From the IMG/VR virus record IMGVR_UViG_3300023171_000009, positions 9,113-73,112 of that record: a DNA stretch of 64,000 nucleotides; one strand, 5' to 3'. Source of the DNA: a virus. Positions 53,894 to 62,436 of this stretch are shown piece after piece (position 1 is the stretch's first letter; each line of letters opens with the position of its first letter). The translations under genes and the position numbers were made by a program. The notes under the pieces were generated by a model. The model worked only from the letters and a program-made list of their open reading frames with translations, had not been told where the DNA came from and ran no database searches.

Positions 53894-56446
53894 TTAGTAA
53901 GGGCTAGTAGCGTTATCTTGACCCGTCCGGGCAGCATGGTCAGAGTCGGCTTGTTGCTCCGTATTCTTCTCATCAAGTTTTGCCTTAATGGCTGTAGCCA
54001 AGGCTTCCGCATTATCAAGCGGAACTCCAGTTATCGTAATACTAACGTCTCTGATAGCTTGTAACTGTTTCTTCTCAGAACTAGTCATCGCTGAAGGCTG
54101 CTTAGCCTCAAGTCGTTTTTGATCATCAATCAATCTAGCATTGGCATCCGCTGCTTGTTTTAACGCGTCTTGATCACCTGCCTTAAATTTAGTAGCATAA
54201 TCGATAATGCCTAGTTTACTTTCAAGAGCGGCCTTTTCGGAGTCCATCCTAGAAATTGCTCCTTTGACTTGATCAAGTTGCGAGGGAGCGTTTTCATATA
54301 TTTTTGCATCCAAACTTCTAGGAGCTAGCCAGCTTTTATCAGCGGTCGCCGCATTATATTTATCAACGTATCCTTGCTGTGTTGCCTGCTGTTGAAGCAT
54401 TAATGGCTTCTTCGCTTCAATATCAGCAATTGATTTTCGGATTTCATCCTTAACATAAGGATTATCTACTAGCTTTTTATAAGCAGCATTCCTATCTTCA
54501 GGGTTAGCAGAACGTGTATTAGATAGTTCGTTAGCTAAATTATCGAATTTACTACCTTTAAGAAGCCCAGCACCACCATCAAGGGCAGCGTTGCTCTTTT
54601 CCTTCATCCCGTTAGCTATACCTTCACCAATTAAACTGCCGACTCCATATCCTATAGATACTAACGCCGCACCGCCAAGTAAAGTTGCGAAAGGTCCACC
54701 GGCAGCAAAGAACCCTCCTACTTTAGAGGATACTCCACTGTTAATTCCAGTTCCAAGAGCGGTGCCCGCCGCTTGACCGGCTGCGGGGGCAATACCAGTC
54801 ATATAACGTAGAGCATTACTAAAACCGCTTAACGCTAGTTGACCTGTTTGAAAAAGTTTAACTGCCGGGCCGACGGCTAAGTTTAACGCGGTTATTGCAG
54901 CCACATACTTGATTGTTGTGGAAACCGCCTGCGGATTTTGCGCGATAAATTGGCTTACAGAATTAACAAAAGGTCTGATATCCGCTACTATATCTTTAAT
55001 AGCCGGGGCAAGAGTTGTTCCAACCTCAGTTGCTAGGTTTAAAACTGAAATCGTTGCAGTTTTTAATTGCTCCTGCGTAGTGCGCAAAGTCCTTTCAAAG
55101 TCTCTATTGAATTCGCCCGCGCTGTTTGTAGCAGCTTTGAATGCCGCATCAAACTTATCCATGTTGTTCATTGCAGCCATCAGTCCATTTCGGAACTGAG
55201 TGTCTGTGGCGATTCGGCTAACATTCTCAATCTTCCCTTGCGTAAGTTCTCTAGTTTTATCGATAAACGACTTAATAACGTTCCCACCTTGCGCTCTAAC
55301 TTCCTGCAAATAGCCGGGCAAATCAAATCCTAGTTTTTCTTCATATGCTTTAGATACTTCAGGAGAATCAATATGCCCTCTAAGATTTTCAAAGTTAGTA
55401 TAAGCTGTTGCGGAGTCAGGAGCACCTACCCGGATAGCTTGCATCAAAGAAGCTAAATACTTAGCACCTTCAACACCTTGAACTCCAAATTCCTTCATAT
55501 TAGCGGACATACCGCCAAAGCTTGCAGCAAAATCTTTAGCTTCATACTGACCAACTTTACCAGCCGCTGCTAGCACATCAAGAAAATTACCAATCTGTTC
55601 AGGCTTAATGGCCAGATTCGACATTGCCGCTGCATTGGTAGTCGCGATATCTTGAATTTGAATACCGTAAGCTGTCGCGGCTTTCCCACTATCCTCTAAA
55701 GCACCAAGACCTTCACGCAAAGGATTTAAACCAGCGCTAACGTATACTTCAAGGGCGGATTGAAGCTCTTTAGTCGTCTGATTTGTTCTCTCTCTACCAG
55801 ACATTTCCTTAATCTGGCGTGCCATGTTATCACGGTCCTTGTCGCTCAGGTTACCAGTGTTAGCTATAAGCTGATTACGGTAATCGAAACCGGAGCTTTG
55901 TAATACACTTCCGGCAATACCGGAACCAATAGCGGCGGAACCAATCGGGAAGCTAGCAGAATTCCCCCTATTCGCTAGATACCCGCCAAGTCCACTTCCG
56001 CCGCTATTGTTCCCACCGGTAGCAACTCCGTTTCCAACCCTACCGGAATTACGGATAGCCTCACGGCTAGCTGTTCTGTTGGCAGATTGGAGAGCACGTT
56101 CTCTGGCGGCAATAGAAGCCGCTACTTTCCTTTGTGCTATAGATTCTTGTTCGGCTAGCCCTATGGCTCGCCTAGTGGTTGCCATTTCTCTATTTCTGGC
56201 AGCATATAAAGCGTCAGTCCGTTTTAGACTAACGCCTAAAGTTCTCCCTAATGTAGCTAATGATTTGTTTAATGACGTGGTAGAAGCTGCCGCAACTGTA
56301 GTAAGTTTTTCAAAACTTGTTAAATTTTTAAGGACGGCTGAAAGTCCCTTGTCTAAACTAGCAATCCGCGAATCAAGAGTCTTGAACGCGGAAAGTAGCT
56401 TAGGATCAAGGGAAGCTCCAATCTCAATGGAAATAGCTTCACTCAT
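53894..56446 (-). CDS. Tail tape measure protein
   Basis: 850 aa Ala/Gly-rich helical protein with phage minor-tail core, after chaperone. Confidence 0.92.
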   Translation of the reverse strand: MSEAISIEIGASLDPKLLSAFKTLDSRIASLDKGLSAVLKNLTSFEKLTTVAAASTTSLNKSLATLGRTLGVSLKRTDALYAARNREMATTRRAIGLAEQESIAQRKVAASIAARERALQSANRTASREAIRNSGRVGNGVATGGNNSGGSGLGGYLANRGNSASFPIGSAAIGSGIAGSVLQSSGFDYRNQLIANTGNLSDKDRDNMARQIKEMSGRERTNQTTKELQSALEVYVSAGLNPLREGLGALEDSGKAATAYGIQIQDIATTNAAAMSNLAIKPEQIGNFLDVLAAAGKVGQYEAKDFAASFGGMSANMKEFGVQGVEGAKYLASLMQAIRVGAPDSATAYTNFENLRGHIDSPEVSKAYEEKLGFDLPGYLQEVRAQGGNVIKSFIDKTRELTQGKIENVSRIATDTQFRNGLMAAMNNMDKFDAAFKAATNSAGEFNRDFERTLRTTQEQLKTATISVLNLATEVGTTLAPAIKDIVADIRPFVNSVSQFIAQNPQAVSTTIKYVAAITALNLAVGPAVKLFQTGQLALSGFSNALRYMTGIAPAAGQAAGTALGTGINSGVSSKVGGFFAAGGPFATLLGGAALVSIGYGVGSLIGEGIANGMKEKSNAALDGGAGLLKGSKFDNLANELSNTRSANPEDRNAAYKKLVDNPYVKDEIRKSIADIEAKKPLMLQQQATQQGYVDKYNAATADKSWLAPRSLDAKIYENAPSQLDQVKGAISRMDSEKAALESKLGIIDYATKFKAGDQDALKQAADANARLIDDQKRLEAKQPSAMTSSEKKQLQAIRDVSITITGVPLDNAEALATAIKAKLDEKNTEQQADSDHAARTGQDNATSPY

Positions 56447-56927
56447 AGAGTCGGTTTAGAAATTTCTCTATATGTTTTTATCCACTCTAATATTTCATCT
56501 TCAGTTTGTTCCATGAAATAAGAAACAGGAGTGCAAAGACCGATTGCAACCATTGCAATTTCCCTGCGTAACCTACTTAAAGAACTGAACCTACAAATTC
56601 GAAAAAACGGTTTTCAAGAGTGTGTGAGTCCTTCCATGACAGAGTATAATACGCATCCCTAGTAATTGAAATATCTTTTCCAAGCGTCGGATGTTTAACG
56701 CTGGCGCAAAGCAAAATACCTTCCATCACTACCAAAGCAGCCGGGGCGTTAGAGCCTGCATTTGCAAGGGCAGTAAACCGGTCCTTGGCTTTAGGCTTGC
56801 GGATATACAGCTTGGTATATTCTCTTTTGTCTAGGGTTAGAGGTTCTGTAAGTTCAAATTCCAGAACATCGGATATAATCGGGCTTTCAGATTCTGAAGT
56901 CTCCGGAGTAGGGGTGTCTTTCTTCAT
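56443..56927 (-). CDS. Extended chaperone gpE+E' via -1 frameshift at T TTT TTC (56601-56607)
   Basis: -1 frame open to a TGA overlapping the tape-measure ATG; extension ...TPVSYFMEQTEDEILEWIK. Confidence 0.8.
56577..56927 (-). CDS. Tail assembly chaperone (P2 gpE-like)
   Basis: LTEPLTLD..EYTKLYIRKPKAKD; position between tube and tape measure. Confidence 0.85.
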   Translation of the reverse strand: MKKDTPTPETSESESPIISDVLEFELTEPLTLDKREYTKLYIRKPKAKDRFTALANAGSNAPAALVVMEGILLCASVKHPTLGKDISITRDAYYTLSWKDSHTLENRFFEFVGSVL

Positions 56928-56952
56928 GGATTGGGGTTTTAGTTAATAGAAA

Positions 56953-57459
56953 TCAGTGGCCTAGCGCTTCACGCATTCCGGCAGCAAGATCGACGCCACC
57001 CATAATATATTTTCCGTTGATTACGTCGATATCACAAGCCGCTTGTCCGTCAATTTCCAGCGCGTAGTGCGTGGGAGACATAGAGAACATTAGGGTATAC
57101 TCACCGTCTCCCGGTTTGTGCTCCATACCCGTTGCCCCTAGCACCATGCCCGTTGCATAAGCCACAACAGTCTGTTCCGATCCGTCAAGCCCTCTAGCGT
57201 ATCCTCGGAAAGTAAACTGAGTCTGCCCTTTTCCGATAGTGCCAACAAGGGCGGCATTATACTCAACTACTCCGAAAGAAAGAGTTAGTTTTTCACCGCC
57301 GATAACAATATCGGAAGCATTCCACATGCCTCCTCCGGAATGCTCCTTAGTGCGTAGGCTTAGGTCAGGAAGTTTAACATCAACGTGAGACGCGGCTAGT
57401 CCTACGCCGTCAATATACACATCCGAATTTTGAAGAATTCTAGGCGTTTTGTTACTCAT
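56953..57459 (-). CDS. Major tail tube protein (P2 FII-like)
   Basis: VKLPDL, GGGM, FTFRG, IDVIN.KY..GGVD. Confidence 0.9.
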   Translation of the reverse strand: MSNKTPRILQNSDVYIDGVGLAASHVDVKLPDLSLRTKEHSGGGMWNASDIVIGGEKLTLSFGVVEYNAALVGTIGKGQTQFTFRGYARGLDGSEQTVVAYATGMVLGATGMEHKPGDGEYTLMFSMSPTHYALEIDGQAACDIDVINGKYIMGGVDLAAGMREALGH

Positions 57460-57499
57460 GAAAATAGATAGTTTAAAGTTAGTTGCAACGATTTCACTT

Positions 57500-59179
57500 T
57501 TAGTTTACCGCAATATTCTTAACGAAGTCCGTCAAGTAATCACGGGTAATGTGGCTGGTGAATGTGATATCCGTCATTAAAGGAATCGGGTTAATACGGA
57601 AACTGAAAGCGATCTTGCCTTGTGCAACTCGCTCAGGGCTGTTAAGGCTAGGATCAATCCAGATATCAGGCCGTTTGTCAGGGGAAGGATTAGGGACAAG
57701 AACCCCGTCAGCTTCCAGAAGCCGGAAAAGCGTGCGGCACTGTTGCATGATTTGACGGGCGCGCTCCTTGGTAAACGGTTTATCAAGTGCCTCACGGTTA
57801 GCTTGAACGATACCGATATTAACCGCATCTGCAATTCGCAGCATAGAAAGAACCTCGCCGTTAGGCTGCCAAACGCCATGCGCTTTGAAATATCCAGCTT
57901 CCGCCACAATAACCACGCCACCGCGCTCATTGATATAATCGGATTCTGTTCCGGCAGTGATAAGCGAATGTGTAACTGGTTTAGTCACAGAAAGCACGCC
58001 TTCCAACTTGTTATTGGAGAAGGTTTCGTGGAATCCTTTACGTGCATCAACCCCAGCCTGACAACCTGCAATACGTGCGTCTGCGGGTTGATCAACAATA
58101 GTGCCGTCAGGGCCAAGAACCTTAACGTTAGGCCATGCAAGGACGCCTACGCGGCTATCTGGACTTCCGTAATGTGTGCAATCTGTCGCAAATTCCACGT
58201 AGTTTCTGGAATCTTCCGTTGCGGCAATAACGCGTCCTCCAAGAATCTTAGCCGCTGCCTCCATAGCATTAATAACCGGACTCGCTAAGTTAGTATCAGT
58301 CGCCGCACGGGCAGTTAACCGTGGGCAGATAATAAGCTTTGGAGAGACGTTAAGGAGGGCTTCAATCGATTCAGCCAATTTAAGACCGGTCTTAACCCCG
58401 TCAGAGTTAATCTGTCCAACCACATTGGAGATTACATCATTGATAGTCCAAGCGGTAGAAGTGTCAGGGTAAGAATAAGTAATCGAACCCATTTCCATTT
58501 CTGGAAGCATACGACTTCCCGCACGTAGAGTAAGCGTCCCCGCTAACGCGTCGTAAATGTAGTCCGTAGTTGCGGACCATGTAGCCTCAAAGGTTATGTT
58601 GATAGTAGCACCCAAGGGGACGGAAGCGTCTGTAACAGTCAGAAGTCCGGTAGTGGCATTGTAAGTATGCGTTGCAACTCCACTTGGAATTTTATTAACA
58701 ACTACGCTGGTTAAGTTTTTAGGAAGCGTTAGCGTTTTTGTGCCAGTGCTGGGAAGCTGGCGCTGAATGGAGCCGAAATTAACAAGAGTCAGCGGAGTAT
58801 CTGCCGTGTGTTGAGTCTTCGTAAGTTGAAGAACGCCGCGACGATCAAACTTAATGTTAAGATCGGTTTGGTTTTTAAATACACCAGTGGCAGGCAAGAC
58901 GTTAATTACGGCAACCGTAGCGTTAGACTGGTCATAAATGCCTTGCAAAGCTTCGGGAATAGTAATGCCAGCGGCTTTGTGCCACGGCTCCCATTTACCA
59001 AAAGTTTTGATAGCATCAGCAGGATTACCCACAATAAGATATGGGGAATTGATAGGACCAATAGGCGCGGTCCCTACAAGAAGAATAACCCCCAAGGCGG
59101 GTATTTTAATAGGAGGCACTTGATCCTGCTCAATGAATAAGCGTAGACCATGATGGAATGGGACAATAGAAACGGCCAT
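57500..59179 (-). CDS. Tail sheath protein
   Basis: FHHG, LVGTAP, SPKLIICP, SNNKLEGV, NSPERVAQGK. Confidence 0.92.
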   Translation of the reverse strand: MAVSIVPFHHGLRLFIEQDQVPPIKIPALGVILLVGTAPIGPINSPYLIVGNPADAIKTFGKWEPWHKAAGITIPEALQGIYDQSNATVAVINVLPATGVFKNQTDLNIKFDRRGVLQLTKTQHTADTPLTLVNFGSIQRQLPSTGTKTLTLPKNLTSVVVNKIPSGVATHTYNATTGLLTVTDASVPLGATINITFEATWSATTDYIYDALAGTLTLRAGSRMLPEMEMGSITYSYPDTSTAWTINDVISNVVGQINSDGVKTGLKLAESIEALLNVSPKLIICPRLTARAATDTNLASPVINAMEAAAKILGGRVIAATEDSRNYVEFATDCTHYGSPDSRVGVLAWPNVKVLGPDGTIVDQPADARIAGCQAGVDARKGFHETFSNNKLEGVLSVTKPVTHSLITAGTESDYINERGGVVIVAEAGYFKAHGVWQPNGEVLSMLRIADAVNIGIVQANREALDKPFTKERARQIMQQCRTLFRLLEADGVLVPNPSPDKRPDIWIDPSLNSPERVAQGKIAFSFRINPIPLMTDITFTSHITRDYLTDFVKNIAVN

Positions 59180-59213
59180 AAGATTAATGTATAAGAAGTT
59201 TTGATTATAAGTT

Positions 59214-59513
59214 TCACTTTAGCGGATACACCCGCCCTTGCTGAGAGTAGTAATTCATAGCGCCGGAAATCACCTGCTTACCTACATATATTCCTATTCC
59301 CCCTAAGATATCTCCTACCACTTGCGCTTTACTTTCCTTCTTCAGCCTAACTAATGGAATATTACCACTTGTTTGAACCGACGCAAGCTCTTTTTCCCTA
59401 ACTTTTAAGGTTTCAACGCCGTTCTTATCATATAGGCTAGCAATAGGTGAATTATCAGAACTTGCACAACCTATGTGGAGAAGTGAAATCGTTGCAATAA
59501 ATAAAGCTTTCAT
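59214..59513 (-). CDS. Lipoprotein
   Basis: MKALFIATISLLHIG-C. Confidence 0.65.
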   Translation of the reverse strand: MKALFIATISLLHIGCASSDNSPIASLYDKNGVETLKVREKELASVQTSGNIPLVRLKKESKAQVVGDILGGIGIYVGKQVISGAMNYYSQQGRVYPLK

Positions 59514-59514
59514 A

Positions 59515-60942
59515 CTAGGTAGTCGTTACGGACCATCCTTTACCAGTCGCTACAGTAGTAGAAGCTCCGGCACCGGGGTTACCTTTAACGTTGATGTTTT
59601 TAGTATCGCCTGTAGGAGAAGCCCCAACCGCATTATACAAAGCCAATATTGTTGCAGATTGCAAAGCGTTATCATTTAGTTTCAAGGACGACACAAGCCC
59701 TGTGTTAGCCTCGGGGAAATTAGTAATAGTTTTGAAAGAACCGCACCCATAAAGCTCCAATCGTGTAATACTTCTTAGGTCACTTCCATCAAACGCCTGT
59801 AACGTTGTTATATTTCCTCCCACTAATTCCGCTAAGCTAAATAATCCGGAACCGCCAAAGAATATCAAATGCGTTGAGGATATGTTTAGCGCTGTTAGGG
59901 CAGGCATCCCCGCGCCGCTGAAGAAAACTAGACTAGGCGTATTTTGTAGTTCCAACAAGCCAAGACGATTAAATCCCGCTCCGCTAAAGGTCACTAGCTG
60001 CGTATTCGTGGCAGTCAAAATAAGAAGACTGGAAAGACCCGTCCCTTCCAAAACAGTAATGAGCGTGTTAGACAGATTCAGATTGATTAGCTTTTTCAAG
60101 TTAGAAAGATCAACAGAAGTAATAGGGTTAGTTGATAGATTTAAGGTAGTTAAATCGTCAAAGCCCGTTCCTTTAAATGAAGTTAAGCTATTAGAAGATG
60201 CGTTAAGGGTAGTCAGTCCTTTAGCATTAAATCCGGATATGCCGGTAACAACCATTCCCGGAATTTGCAAATTTGTAATCACCCCCGCCGCAGCCCATAC
60301 ACGAATTATCTTTACGCTGCTACTGGTGGTCGTCTTGCTAGCGTCAGTATTACTTGTATGCTGCGTGATTGTATTATCCCACCATTGAACACAGTAAGCG
60401 CCAAGATTCGTAAGACAGCGGAACAGAACGCTTCCGGTATCTTTGGTGGTAGTAAACTCAATATAACTTCGGACAGGAGGCTTAGAAGTTATAAATCGGT
60501 TTAAAGAACTAGCTGTTAACTCTATACTCTCCATGTATTTTTCAAGAGTGATAGGAGCACCAATTCCATCGATTAAAACGGCAGTCCCGCCACTAAATCC
60601 GGGTTTGATGGAAACCAAGCCCTCTAAAGCCGCATTAACCAAAGTAGTGCGGTATTTCGCTGATAAATTTACAGGAATATTAATAACCTTAACATCTTCT
60701 TCCCGTGTAAGGTTAACGATCTTTTCGTTATAAGACAAGGGCAGCGTTAAGGTGTCCGTTCCATCGGAAACTCTCTGTTCATCTTTTAGCAAAGATGCCG
60801 GAGCCTGTTTATCAATTCCTCCTTGTGCTATGTGTAACATGTCCCCCGGATTTACTACTGTAGCGACGGGAAAAGAAATAATTTGGTTAGGTCCGGGCAT
60901 AAAAAGAGTTTTAAAAAAGTTAACTAAAGGGGGTAAGTTCAT
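59515..60942 (-). CDS. Leucine-rich-repeat protein in tail locus
   Basis: About ten ~21-aa LRRs (LTTLNLSTNPITSVDLSNLKK...); start at 60942 or 60900. Confidence 0.85.
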   Translation of the reverse strand: MNLPPLVNFFKTLFMPGPNQIISFPVATVVNPGDMLHIAQGGIDKQAPASLLKDEQRVSDGTDTLTLPLSYNEKIVNLTREEDVKVINIPVNLSAKYRTTLVNAALEGLVSIKPGFSGGTAVLIDGIGAPITLEKYMESIELTASSLNRFITSKPPVRSYIEFTTTKDTGSVLFRCLTNLGAYCVQWWDNTITQHTSNTDASKTTTSSSVKIIRVWAAAGVITNLQIPGMVVTGISGFNAKGLTTLNASSNSLTSFKGTGFDDLTTLNLSTNPITSVDLSNLKKLINLNLSNTLITVLEGTGLSSLLILTATNTQLVTFSGAGFNRLGLLELQNTPSLVFFSGAGMPALTALNISSTHLIFFGGSGLFSLAELVGGNITTLQAFDGSDLRSITRLELYGCGSFKTITNFPEANTGLVSSLKLNDNALQSATILALYNAVGASPTGDTKNINVKGNPGAGASTTVATGKGWSVTTT

Positions 60943-61054
60943 AAAAACAATATAACGGATAGAACGAAATATTGCAACGATTTCACATATCAAATCTTAG
61001 ATAGATATTGCCGACGGTCAGGCCTCTGGTGACGGACTCGGGATGCTCATGGTG

Positions 61055-62431
61055 TTAGAACGGCACCGGGATTTCCGCCCGGACTTTGACGGCCCGCGCG
61101 GCATACCCGGCGTCGGAGTAGTGGACGCCGTCGGTCCATGCGGCGGCGTTGTTAGGCGTCCAGACCGGCCCCACCATGGTGTATCCCAGGAAGGGGTCGG
61201 CACCCAAATCCACAAGATAATGCACCCTGCCTCCGCTCACTGCATTGGCTCTTAGGTAGGCGTTAAAGGCGTCTAACTCAGCCGCTTGTGCGTTAGTGCG
61301 GCTTAGTGCTGAGACGGTATATGCCACGCGCTTGCCAGTTCCTGTGCCGATGTTAGCGGCAATGGCTGCGTCCCAATATTGCTCCCAGCGCGCAATCATT
61401 GTCGCCGCAGTCGCTCCTGCGGTGTCGTCATTTACGGCAGCTAGAAAAAATAGCCAGTCGGCGGGGCCAAGACCATCCCATGCGGCAACTCGGCTCGCGT
61501 AGCACTCATCTATCCGTCTCCCGCTTTGTCGGTAGACGCGGGGCCGCCAGTTGGCGGCAACATTCATCCGGGTCAGTTCGTTTTTAAGCAAGGTGTCACC
61601 CTGCCCAAACATGGTGCTGTCCCCATGGTGGGTGACCCGACCAACAATGCTCCCCGTTGGCAGGTAAACTACGCCGTAGGTGGTCTGCGCATAAGTCAGG
61701 GCGGCGGTGATTTCCGGGGCAGTCAGCACCCGATCCCAGATTATTGTCTCAATATGCGGATTGCTGAAGGTTTGGGGCAGTTCAATATCTGTCCGGACTA
61801 CGGCGGCACACGCGGAAAATGTTGCCGTATTCGCCACGTCGTTCACGTAAATGTTCAGCGCGGAGGCCCCGAAGGTTACCAGAATGGCGAATGGCCTGCC
61901 TCCGCTCGGGACTTTGAGGGCTGATGATTTGAGCGTCACGCCATCAAACACCGTCACCACCCCGGTTCCGCCGTAAAGAGACACGCTGACAGCCCCTCCG
62001 CCTGCCCGGAAAATCTGGGTCGATGAAGCGGCTCCATTCTCTTGGTTGATCCGGCCAATCAACAAGAGCGTCTGATTTCGCTGGTCGAAGTTCCTTGTTA
62101 GAAGCAACGAGTTGGCGTGAAAAGCATTCACCTCGTTCGAGGAAAGCACCTCACCGTCTGTTGCATTCCAGGTTGGTCCGAAGCCGCTAATGGAAAGCGG
62201 GGTGCCTGCGTGCTGATCAGGCCACAGGTTCACTGTAGCCAGATTAGCGGCCCCTGTCAGGCTTGACGCCTTAAACACGCTGGTCATGCCGGGAACCGTC
62301 GCCGACAGGGCGGACGATGCCGAAAACCGGGTCTGCGCCAGCGCGGGGGATGCCAGCGTGAGCCCTGGACCTTGCGCGGCGGCAGGCAGCATAGCGCCCA
62401 GCAACGCCATAATGATTCGGAGAATATTCAT
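61055..62431 (-). CDS. Secreted-type protein with beta-rich N-domain and SGNH/GDSL hydrolase domain
   Basis: Signal MNILRIIMALLGAMLPAAAQ; GDS, AAVND, DGVH. Confidence 0.8.
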   Translation of the reverse strand: MNILRIIMALLGAMLPAAAQGPGLTLASPALAQTRFSASSALSATVPGMTSVFKASSLTGAANLATVNLWPDQHAGTPLSISGFGPTWNATDGEVLSSNEVNAFHANSLLLTRNFDQRNQTLLLIGRINQENGAASSTQIFRAGGGAVSVSLYGGTGVVTVFDGVTLKSSALKVPSGGRPFAILVTFGASALNIYVNDVANTATFSACAAVVRTDIELPQTFSNPHIETIIWDRVLTAPEITAALTYAQTTYGVVYLPTGSIVGRVTHHGDSTMFGQGDTLLKNELTRMNVAANWRPRVYRQSGRRIDECYASRVAAWDGLGPADWLFFLAAVNDDTAGATAATMIARWEQYWDAAIAANIGTGTGKRVAYTVSALSRTNAQAAELDAFNAYLRANAVSGGRVHYLVDLGADPFLGYTMVGPVWTPNNAAAWTDGVHYSDAGYAARAVKVRAEIPVPF

Positions 62432-62436
62432 GGCGG

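Noticed and set aside
61018-61215. ORF MWIWVPTPSW...
   Set aside because: Alternative-frame overlap of the SGNH gene in GC-rich DNA
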